DNA of 46,299 nucleotides, taken from the UHGV virus genome UHGV-0173986; one strand, 5' to 3'. Under the pieces are notes generated by a model that saw only the letters and a list, made by a program, of their open reading frames with translations, made no database searches and was not told the DNA's origin. Numbering within the stretch: position 1 is the stretch's first letter; every line of letters starts with the position of its first letter. Made by a program: the position numbers and the translations under genes. This DNA comes from a virus. This document shows, piece by piece, positions 8,029 to 15,457 of the stretch.

Positions 8029-8295
8029 TCAGCTGGTTTGTATGCGATCATAATATTCGATGATTTGCAGCGCAACTGCAGCAATTTGCACAGCTTCTTC
8101 TCTGCTGGTACCGGCTGCTTTTCCCCCGAAACGGTCATGGAGAACGGCCTGATGAAACTCTCCCACTTCCTCCCCAAGGATAGCCCCCCAGATGAAAGGA
8201 TCCAGATTGCGGTCTGCTCCCCATTTTGCATCCTGCCGTTGCATTTCAGCTAACACATCTTTCAGTGCTTCGGTTTCTTGATGTTTATATTTCAT
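8029..8295 (-). CDS. MazG-like (all-alpha NTP pyrophosphohydrolase superfamily) small protein
   Basis: 88 aa. ...WGAILGEEVGEFHQAVLHD...REEAVQIAAVALQIIEY resembles the MazG EExGE and downstream acidic helix. Weak RBS. Confidence 0.4.
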   Translation of the reverse strand: MKYKHQETEALKDVLAEMQRQDAKWGADRNLDPFIWGAILGEEVGEFHQAVLHDRFGGKAAGTSREEAVQIAAVALQIIEYYDRIQTS

Positions 8296-8440
8296 GATTC
8301 CCGTTACGTACCCGTCATTTTATGCGCTATCTTAAACATTAAATCTATGCTGAGTCCATTGCGATGACGCATCGCATTTTGTGATTGAACGGTAAGTTTG
8401 CTATAAACGTAGCAATGACAAAAATTTAAAGTGGATAATC

Positions 8441-8767
8441 TTGTACATTACCTTTCAAAGCAAAAAGTTAAGAGCTCTTTGTGAGAGTATGCACAATGCG
8501 AATGAGAACCTTGGTGAGAAACTAGCATCCAAGCTACGCGCACGCCTTTCCGATATCACCGTGGCGGACAATATTTTAGCATTGCCCGTCGGTTCGCCGG
8601 AGGTATGCTTTGAGGAAGGGGAAGAGTGTATTACAATTACCCTTTTGGGCGATAAAAAAATGGGATTTGTTTGTGGGAATACGATTCAGCCAAAAAATCA
8701 AGACAATACGATTGACTGGTCCCAGGTCAGCCGGATACGGTTAGTGTTCATAGGTGATGTGAAATGA
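8441..8767 (+). CDS. HigB-like (killer-protein, RelE/ParE superfamily) toxin-like protein; TTG start
   Basis: (M)YITFQSKKLRALCES...KLASKLRARLSDITVADNILAL parallels the HigB N-terminus MIKSFKHKGLKLLFEK...VDRINDRLQAIDTATEIGEL. Its stop overlaps the next start (ATGA). Confidence 0.45.
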   Translation: MYITFQSKKLRALCESMHNANENLGEKLASKLRARLSDITVADNILALPVGSPEVCFEEGEECITITLLGDKKMGFVCGNTIQPKNQDNTIDWSQVSRIRLVFIGDVK

Positions 8768-9846
8768 TGGTAACGCAGGACTTCCAGCCTGACTGGGTAT
8801 CTCCACCCGGTGATACGATTATAGATCTGATGGATGAACACGGAATTTCTGATGAGGAGTTGAGTAAAAAAATAGGCTTGTCCCTTGATCGGGGTCAGCA
8901 ACTTCTTGAAGGGAAACTCCGACTGAATCCGTCCCTGGCCGACAAGCTTGAAGAGCTGTTCAGTGTGTCGACGGACTTCTGGATCAGGCGCGAAGATGCT
9001 TATCGCAGGCAAATAGAACATATCCAGAAAGTTAACAGCGACTGGCTGGAATCATTGCCCGTACGCGATATGATGGAGTTTGGCTGGATCCCGAAAACCA
9101 CAACGCGGGAAAGTAAATTCCGACACTGTCTGTCGTTCTTCGGTATACACTCCGTGAGTGAGTTTTATCACAAAATACATTCTGATGCTCCACTGGTCGC
9201 CTTTCGTAAATCATTGAATCTGACGACTGAGCCTGTCGCTGATCTGGTATGGCTGACCCGTGCAGAACAGTTGAGTGCAAAACAGGTCTGCGCAGAATGG
9301 AATAAAAAGGCGCTGCAGGCGCTTTTGCCGGAGCTTCGTAGAGCAACAAACGAACCTGATATGGGAATTTTTATCCCTCACATTCGGCGGCTTCTCGCGA
9401 CTGCCGGGGTTTCGCTGATCGTGTTGCCAACGCCCAAGGGATGCCGGGCCAGTGGTGCCACCTGCTTTTTCACTCCAGACCGCGCCACGCTGGTCATGAG
9501 TTTCCGCTATCTTACCGATGACCATTTCTGGTTTACGCTGTTTCATGAGATTGGGCATCTCATTCTGCACGAGGCAGTGCAGGTTCGTGCGGAAGGTAAA
9601 GAAGGCCTGTCGACAGAAGAGGAAAAAGAAGCCGATACATTTGCTGTAGACGTCCTCATTCCTGAGGAATACAGGCAGCAACTCAGGCGCTATGGTGTTC
9701 GGCACTGGAGGGACATCGTCCGCACGGCCCGTAAAATAGGCGTATCAAAAGGGATTGTTCTCGGGTACTTACAACATGAGGGCAACATTCCTTTTTCTCA
9801 CCTTAACCGGCTTAAGGTGAGATACAGTAAAGAAGACATTGTATAA
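8764..9846 (+). CDS. Fusion protein: N-terminal HigA/XRE-type HTH plus C-terminal ImmA/IrrE-family zinc metallopeptidase (DUF955/COG2856, HEIGH motif)
   Basis: N-terminus ...WVSPPGDTIIDLMDEHGISDEELSKKIGLSLDRGQQLLEGKLRLNPSLADKLEELFSVSTDFW (HigA-like HTH). C-terminus ...FWFTLFHEIGHLILHE...EEKEADTFAVDVLIPEE (HExxH plus downstream E). Translationally coupled to the upstream HigB-like gene. Confidence 0.7.
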   Translation: MMVTQDFQPDWVSPPGDTIIDLMDEHGISDEELSKKIGLSLDRGQQLLEGKLRLNPSLADKLEELFSVSTDFWIRREDAYRRQIEHIQKVNSDWLESLPVRDMMEFGWIPKTTTRESKFRHCLSFFGIHSVSEFYHKIHSDAPLVAFRKSLNLTTEPVADLVWLTRAEQLSAKQVCAEWNKKALQALLPELRRATNEPDMGIFIPHIRRLLATAGVSLIVLPTPKGCRASGATCFFTPDRATLVMSFRYLTDDHFWFTLFHEIGHLILHEAVQVRAEGKEGLSTEEEKEADTFAVDVLIPEEYRQQLRRYGVRHWRDIVRTARKIGVSKGIVLGYLQHEGNIPFSHLNRLKVRYSKEDIV

Positions 9847-9848
9847 GT

Positions 9849-10793
9849 TCAGCCGCCAAAATAGACGTAGCGATCAGGTGACTTCTGCCAGTTACACAGC
9901 GCGTCTTCAATGACCTGCATCCTGAGATATGGTGCAGGGATAATTTCGGCAAGTTCAGCCAGTTTATCATTCAGAGTCTCTAGCCTATCACCTGCGCTCC
10001 GGCTGTTACTAAACAGCAGCCGACTCCCCTGAAGAGGGCCAGTAGCTCCCTTCAAAAAAGCATGCCCCGGTTCTGCCTCGATGAGTCCGGTTTTTCTTAG
10101 CATAGTCAGGTAATCAAATCGGGCGGTTCGTCCGAATGAAACCACCGCATTCAGGCCTGAATACAGCAATTCGAAAAGAGTAGCAGGTGTTGCCGCGAGG
10201 CTCCTTGCTTCTGCAAACCGGGCCTCGTGGCTGTATGTTGCACCAATAAATCCGAGATATGAACGAAAAACGACAGGTATAGAACGACGTGAATGATATT
10301 TTTTCGTTTCATATTTGCGGTGGTTACCATACTGTCTTAGACTGCTATGTAGGGTCAGCTCATCAGAAACGCTGGCAAACCACTGTTCAAATGCATCAAA
10401 GTCATCAGTTATGGCATCCCATGTCCACGTCTGGGTACCTAGTCCACTGTAAATATCGCGGCACAAAACCCAGCCTGTTTTACTACTCCGGCCAAAATGC
10501 GTGGCCAGAAAAACCAGCCAGCAGGCTTCGTCATAGTTGTTTTCACGCAGATGCAGACACGCAGCACGAAGAGGATCAAATAAATCTGAGTTTGGCTCTT
10601 TTCTTAGCGGATTCATATAATCGGTTCGTGATGTCAGCGTTGACATATAGCGAATGCGGCGAATACTGTCAATAATCTGAAAGGCTAATACATTATAGTG
10701 AGCCGCAGAACTCAGTCCGTTTAGGATATGTTTATCGCGACTGAAGTTTTGAAGAGCGGCGACCAACTGGCTTGCCTGACTGTGTCTGTTCAT
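9849..10793 (-). CDS. Hypothetical 314-aa protein, translationally coupled partner of the TS-fold enzyme (function unknown)
   Basis: Start overlaps the stop of the upstream TS-like gene (TAATG). No P-loop or other motif I can name. Confidence 0.6.
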   Translation of the reverse strand: MNRHSQASQLVAALQNFSRDKHILNGLSSAAHYNVLAFQIIDSIRRIRYMSTLTSRTDYMNPLRKEPNSDLFDPLRAACLHLRENNYDEACWLVFLATHFGRSSKTGWVLCRDIYSGLGTQTWTWDAITDDFDAFEQWFASVSDELTLHSSLRQYGNHRKYETKKYHSRRSIPVVFRSYLGFIGATYSHEARFAEARSLAATPATLFELLYSGLNAVVSFGRTARFDYLTMLRKTGLIEAEPGHAFLKGATGPLQGSRLLFSNSRSAGDRLETLNDKLAELAEIIPAPYLRMQVIEDALCNWQKSPDRYVYFGG

Positions 10794-12028
10794 TATATTT
10801 TCCCGTCAAAAATAAATCGGTATTCCTGATTATTCAACGCAGTCAGCTCCTGACGGGCCAGCTCGTTGTGTGCCGACGTATGTGAACGTAACAAAAAATG
10901 GACTTTTATCACGCGCAGAAGATCCTTCCAGTAGTCACTCAAGGGCGTAGTATCGATATTAAATTCCTTGTTTTCCCGCAGAGCCTTTTCTGCTTCAAGG
11001 ATGACTGTAATGTCCTTTAAGGATTGAATTTCGGGCATATCACCCATCACCGGCAAGGTACTCATAAAGCCTTCTTGTCGTAGCGCTTTTACTTGTTCAA
11101 AATGTTCTTCATAGATATGGAGGCTTGAGACGAAGTGATGATAATACCCCAGTTTGCATCCGGTGAGGCGGGCGACCAGTTCCTGCAACATCGTGAAGGA
11201 GAACACATCATGGGGTAAGCCCATAAAGGCATCGTTAGAGCGCATACAGACAAAAAGATGCAATGCATCTTGTCTGACAATAAATTGCAACGATATAGTG
11301 CACGGAATATCGGCATATTCTGTCTGCTCTGGATTACCCGTCACCAGATCTGAGGCATCAAACAGTTGTATCAGCGCGCGTCGAGTAGTTCTTTTCTCCT
11401 GCAGCAGACTGATGACATTTTCCAACTGATTATACAGCCCGTGCATACTAAATAATCTCGGACCGTATCCCCCGTGTATTCTGCCGTCGGATTCAGCGTA
11501 TTTTACGTAGCGAGGTATGAAGTGCCGGATGAAATCGAGATCGTTCTGGGCTGAGAGGTACCATAGCAATTCCCCCAGACAGCTGACAATTTTACCGCGG
11601 GATTCTGTCCTACTTATTCTGCGGCGAGGATCGGTGAGAATCAGGTAGGCTCCCAGAATTTCAATATTTGCTCCTTTAGTGGGAGTATTCCAGAGTCCGC
11701 CAGTAAGGATCGCCTGATGGACATCGTTTAACAGATCGTCAACACATTCAGCCGTCACCAGAAGAGTCATAAACTGCCTGTTATATAATGAATGTAACAA
11801 ATCATTACCACTAGTGCGATAAATAGTCAACATGCCATTAGTAAAAACAGGGCTATAACCGCTATGACACATATCATCAGGTGCGAGGTTTGACACCCAT
11901 GTTTCCTCCATTCCCTCTGGAAGCAAAAAATGTTCACGTAGAATAAGAACTGAGGGACGCAGACGCATGCAGGCCACTCGCCAGGGTATTCCTCCAAATG
12001 AACTGGCCGGTTTCCTAATATCAGCCAT
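10793..12028 (-). CDS. Thymidylate-synthase-fold enzyme with a ~130-aa N-terminal extension (dUMP/dCMP methylase or hydroxymethylase-like)
   Basis: Motifs align with ThyA: KIVSCLGELLWYLSAQND (vs HELLWFLQGDTN), RRALIQLFDASDL (vs RRIIVSAWN), and the catalytic-Cys region IPCTISLQFIVRQDALHLFVCMRSNDAFMGLPHDVFSFTMLQELVARLTGCKLGYYHHFVSSLHIY (vs [66 protein letters not shown]). Confidence 0.75.
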   Translation of the reverse strand: MADIRKPASSFGGIPWRVACMRLRPSVLILREHFLLPEGMEETWVSNLAPDDMCHSGYSPVFTNGMLTIYRTSGNDLLHSLYNRQFMTLLVTAECVDDLLNDVHQAILTGGLWNTPTKGANIEILGAYLILTDPRRRISRTESRGKIVSCLGELLWYLSAQNDLDFIRHFIPRYVKYAESDGRIHGGYGPRLFSMHGLYNQLENVISLLQEKRTTRRALIQLFDASDLVTGNPEQTEYADIPCTISLQFIVRQDALHLFVCMRSNDAFMGLPHDVFSFTMLQELVARLTGCKLGYYHHFVSSLHIYEEHFEQVKALRQEGFMSTLPVMGDMPEIQSLKDITVILEAEKALRENKEFNIDTTPLSDYWKDLLRVIKVHFLLRSHTSAHNELARQELTALNNQEYRFIFDGKI

Positions 12029-12356
12029 TAAAATAGCGCTGTAAACTTCATTACCAAATGCGGCGCGCCTGTAAGGGCCTGACTACAGGTTTAAACACTG
12101 TGCAACCACAAGTCCTAGGTCCGCTCTTCGCTCATAGCGGACCTCCAAATCAGTTAGTTTGTCCGCTCTGTGCCAAGAGCGGAATCTGGAACGCCAGAGG
12201 TAGCAACGTTTCTTATCAAAGGTGTTGATCACCACAAAAATGACTGTATCCCTGTGATAGCGGATTTCGTCCTTTGTGGAGAAAAGATCAATCTAAACAT
12301 GAGCATGGGTTAGCGAAAAGTGGCATTAAACGCTTGAACATTTCACCTAACAAGTA

Positions 12357-12376
12357 TACTGTTTATTTATACAGTA
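12357..12376 (+). promoter_or_regulatory. LexA (SOS) box taCTGTttatttatACAGta upstream of the dinI-like gene
   Basis: Perfect CTGT-N8-ACAG palindrome 20 nt upstream of the RBS/start of the DinI homologue. Confidence 0.8.
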
Positions 12377-12395
12377 CTTGCGTGAGGAGCTAGTT

Positions 12396-12629
12396 ATGAA
12401 AGTGGAAATCACAATTGATCGCCAAAAAAAATTGCCGGATGGCGCTGTGCCTGCTCTGGAGAAGGAGCTACTGCGGCGATTGGATCAAAACTTTAATAAC
12501 TGCAGTCTTGTGATTCGTCGGGCCAGCTCCGATGGTTTGACCGTGCTTGGTGGAATGGACGGAGATAAAAAACGTATTGAGGAAATCCTGCAGGACACCT
12601 GGGAAAGCGCTGATGACTGGTTTTGTTAA
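12396..12629 (+). CDS. dinI: DinI-family protein (DNA-damage-inducible protein I homologue)
   Basis: MKVEITIDRQKKLPDGAVPALEKELLRRL...LTVLGGMDGDKKRIEEILQDTWESADDWF closely matches E. coli DinI (MRIEVTIAKTSPLPAGAIDALAGELSRRI...ISEILQETWESADDWF). GAGGAG RBS. Confidence 0.85.
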   Translation: MKVEITIDRQKKLPDGAVPALEKELLRRLDQNFNNCSLVIRRASSDGLTVLGGMDGDKKRIEEILQDTWESADDWFC

Positions 12630-12673
12630 GTTGAGGTCCAGTGGCTTGCCTGGTTTATTTTGAGGATTTGGCT

Positions 12674-12931
12674 GTGAGTAAAAAACAAGAAATGCCGAAC
12701 ACCGGCTATGCAATTATCAGATGCGACGATGGGGTGATCGTTGCTCGTCTGACATCCTTTCCTGTGTGTGAGCGCGCTCTGATGTACCGACGCGGCGATA
12801 CTGTTTCGTTTATGCCTTTGCAGCCGGATGAGATCGTGGGGACTCTCTCTCTATTTTCACAGATGATTGAAAAGGCTAAGTCTGGCGTTGGTTACCAGGT
12901 TCCCCCTGGTTCTGTTACAATCCCGTCATAG
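12674..12931 (+). CDS. Hypothetical protein (about 85 aa)
   Basis: ORF in an operon with dinI. GTG start with GAGGA RBS (alternative ATG at 12692). No recognisable family. Confidence 0.35.
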   Translation: MSKKQEMPNTGYAIIRCDDGVIVARLTSFPVCERALMYRRGDTVSFMPLQPDEIVGTLSLFSQMIEKAKSGVGYQVPPGSVTIPS

Positions 12932-12971
12932 GCCTGAACAACCTATACCTGCTGCGTCGCGGAGAGAAACC

Positions 12972-13364
12972 ATGACGCAAACCCCCGAAGTATCAAAATC
13001 CCATCAGACTGGTGCTCCTTCATCGAGCGCCGGTTTGCTTTCGTCTTCAAAACTAACTTTTCGCCAGCAGGAAGTTTTCGATCTGCTGGTGGCCTACATC
13101 AATCAGCATGGCTACCCACCTACGCTATCTGAGTTGGCCGATATGCTCGGCGTTAGCTCGTCTAATGCTGTCCTGTTGCATCTGCGTGCGTTAGAGAGAA
13201 AAAATTTTATAAAACTCTCTCGCCGTGTCTCAAGAGGAATTTCCATCGTCGGGCGAAAGGAGCCTATGCTCGCCGTGCAGCTGCTGCAGGAAATGATCGC
13301 TGAAGAACCCGGCGCGCGTGAAAGAGCGATTGAGTTTTTGCGACTGTTCGGTGATCAGCCATGA
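12972..13364 (+). CDS. LexA N-terminal DNA-binding-domain protein without the S24 peptidase domain (non-cleavable LexA paralogue)
   Basis: [66 protein letters not shown] aligns with LexA [66 protein letters not shown]. It is 130 aa and lacks the Ala-Gly cleavage site and Ser/Lys dyad region. GGAGAGA RBS. Confidence 0.7.
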   Translation: [130 protein letters not shown]

Positions 13365-13564
13365 AGAAAAGTTGGTTTTTACACGAGCAGCTTTCAGAGA
13401 CTGAGGCTACAGAGCTGGTGGAGCGATACCGTAAAAATAACTGTGTGGTTGAGAAGAGCTTATCCAGAGACTTTGCATCGTGGGAGATCCGCGTGTTGTT
13501 GCCGGAATCGAAGAAGCCGCCACGGATTGACAGAACCTACATACAGAAGATGTGGAGGGACTGA
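13361..13564 (+). CDS. Small hypothetical protein (67 aa), translationally coupled (ATGA/TGATG overlaps)
   Basis: ORF bridged by overlapping stop/start codons on both sides. Confidence 0.35.
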   Translation: MKKSWFLHEQLSETEATELVERYRKNNCVVEKSLSRDFASWEIRVLLPESKKPPRIDRTYIQKMWRD

Positions 13565-14595
13565 TGCGAGCTTTGCTTAACGTGGATATTGCACGCCATC
13601 TTGGAATTGTGCTGCTTAAGCCGGGTAGTGAATTAATGCCGTTATTCGGTGCCGGCCGAGTTCTTGTTGAAATGCCGCCGGCAAGCATGAAAAAGATACC
13701 CAGTGGACGTCTTCCTGATGCCCGGCAGCCGTTGCGGGATGATATGGGGATCAGACCTTTTTTCATGAAGAAGGCAGTTATCACTGCAGCTGGTGGGGTT
13801 AGTGCCCTCGAGTCATGGTTGCGTAGGCAGGTTAAAAACTGTCAGTGGACACATTCCGATTACCATCACCTTGAGCTCGTCCCGTTTCGCCATTCGACGG
13901 GTGTAATAATCGCATGCTGGCACTGTGATAATGAGCTGAAAAACCAAACAGAACAAACCCTCAATCAACTGGTAGGTGTTAACAACGCTGACTGGGTAAT
14001 CGACACTGCCCGCATCGCGCTTGGTCTGGACGCGCAGCGCTCATTGTCACTGGCGGAGCTATGCTGGTGGGCGGTAGGCGCCGGGATTGGCGATGAAATT
14101 ACAGAAGAAATGGCGCGCCGATCCCTGCGTATTAAAGGCGATGGCATTAAATCGGTTTACAGGGAGAGTGAGATTGTTCCGTCTGTACCGGCCACCAGTA
14201 TTCTTTCTCCCCGTCTCGAAAAAACAATCAAGCCAACGGCAATAACAACGCCGGGCAAACCTCTGGTTCCTGTGAACGTCGATCCTGTTGCTCCGGCGAC
14301 ACTATTCGCGAGACCTAAGCGGAGCCGATGGTTATCAGCTGACTTTATCTCATGGGTTAAAAAACAGCCGTGTATGTGCTGCGGGCAGCCTGCAGATGAT
14401 GCACACCATCTTATTGGCTGGGGGCAGGGCGGCGTAGGCACCAAGGCCAACGATATTTTTACGATCCCATTATGCCGCAAGCACCACCGTGCTTTGCACC
14501 ATGACCCTGCCGCTTTTGAGCGTGAATACGGCACCCAGCCGGTATTGATTATTAAATTGCTGGACCGGGCATACGCGCTCGGCGTTCTGGCGTAG
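13564..14595 (+). CDS. DUF968-domain protein (YdfU-like, lambdoid nin/late-regulation region)
   Basis: C-terminal Cys/His motif ...CMCCGQPADDAHHLIGWGQGGVGTKANDIFTIPLCRKHHRALHHDP typical of DUF968. It precedes the Q-like gene, as in Qin. Confidence 0.65.
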   Translation: MRALLNVDIARHLGIVLLKPGSELMPLFGAGRVLVEMPPASMKKIPSGRLPDARQPLRDDMGIRPFFMKKAVITAAGGVSALESWLRRQVKNCQWTHSDYHHLELVPFRHSTGVIIACWHCDNELKNQTEQTLNQLVGVNNADWVIDTARIALGLDAQRSLSLAELCWWAVGAGIGDEITEEMARRSLRIKGDGIKSVYRESEIVPSVPATSILSPRLEKTIKPTAITTPGKPLVPVNVDPVAPATLFARPKRSRWLSADFISWVKKQPCMCCGQPADDAHHLIGWGQGGVGTKANDIFTIPLCRKHHRALHHDPAAFEREYGTQPVLIIKLLDRAYALGVLA

Positions 14596-14611
14596 TAAGG
14601 AGAAGAACAGA

Positions 14612-15214
14612 ATGACACCACGTCAACGCCGTCTGCACCGTGCAGGATTAGAAACAGTGGCCGCCGTCCCGCGCAAAAGCTGGCTGGGCCGATTCACTCC
14701 CCTTAATGGTATTCAGTCCGCCTGGATAAAATCTCTGCTTACTGTTTGGGGGGAAGGGATGAGAGGAGGTGCAGCCCCGCGTAAACCATCAGGACATTCA
14801 TGCTGGCGAGGTATAAAGGGTGATCACTGGTCAGATAGAGCATTAGAGCGCTTTACGGCAGCAATCGAGCAGGCAAGGAGTGAAGGCTATCGCGGGCGGC
14901 AGGCACTAAGCAGGGCGCATGCCATTTTGTGGCCAAAACCTCCAACTGTTGCCATTGACGCTGCGATCACTGAGGATGATGTTGAATTTGTTGAACGATG
15001 TGTACTGGCGATATTTGAAACGGGTGATCCTGTTTATCTCGTTGGCGTTAACTATTACACCACCCGCAAAAAAATCTCAGACATAACACGGGAAATACAG
15101 CTGGTGGCTCCATGGTTAACAGACAGTGAGGCCCGGAAAAGAGTGCGCTGGTGCCTTGAAATATTCAGAGCAAAAGCTTTCCTTTCTGTTCATAAGGCGA
15201 TTCATGCGGATTAG
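14612..15214 (+). CDS. Candidate late-gene antiterminator (Q-like), assigned mainly by position
   Basis: 200-aa basic protein following DUF968 (as with ydfU-quuQ in Qin). A promoter plus short leader plus intrinsic terminator lie immediately downstream. I recall no direct motif match. Confidence 0.4.
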   Translation: MTPRQRRLHRAGLETVAAVPRKSWLGRFTPLNGIQSAWIKSLLTVWGEGMRGGAAPRKPSGHSCWRGIKGDHWSDRALERFTAAIEQARSEGYRGRQALSRAHAILWPKPPTVAIDAAITEDDVEFVERCVLAIFETGDPVYLVGVNYYTTRKKISDITREIQLVAPWLTDSEARKRVRWCLEIFRAKAFLSVHKAIHAD

Positions 15215-15242
15215 CAAAAAGTGCTATGTTGCCTTTTTGGTA

Positions 15243-15271
15243 TTGAAAATGGGCCAGAAAGTTAGATAATT
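15243..15271 (+). promoter_or_regulatory. Candidate late promoter (PR'-like): TTGAAA-17 nt-ATAATT
   Basis: TTGAAA at 15243-15248 and ATAATT at 15266-15271 with 17-nt spacing, about 30 nt after the Q-like stop. Confidence 0.4.
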
Positions 15272-15334
15272 CCTTCATGCTTGGCAGAGCTGCGCCACTC
15301 GGCAGCGACAAAAAGCGACAATCTGAATATAACG

Positions 15335-15361
15335 AAAACCCCGCCCGTGCGGGGTTTTTGC
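15335..15361 (+). terminator. Intrinsic terminator (tR'-like), about 65 nt downstream of the candidate late promoter; its symmetric A/T flanks could also terminate minus-strand transcripts
   Basis: aaaaCCCCGCccgtGCGGGGttttt. Confidence 0.7.
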
Positions 15362-15368
15362 TTTCCGG

Positions 15369-15422
15369 CGATACGACAGGGGTATTCGCGAGATGCGCTG
15401 CATCAATACCCCTGTCATATCG
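15369..15422. repeat. Long imperfect inverted repeat (18-bp arms, 17/18 complementary, 18-nt loop)
   Basis: cgatacgacaggggtatt ...cgcgagatgcgctgcatc... aatacccctgtcatatcg. Confidence 0.6.
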
Positions 15423-15457
15423 TCGTATTGCATACGCAATCTCACATGCTTCAGCAT

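Noticed and set aside
9211-9705. 164-aa minus-strand ORF inside the HTH-ImmA gene
   Set aside because: Antisense to the gene carrying the HEIGH motif. No start context.
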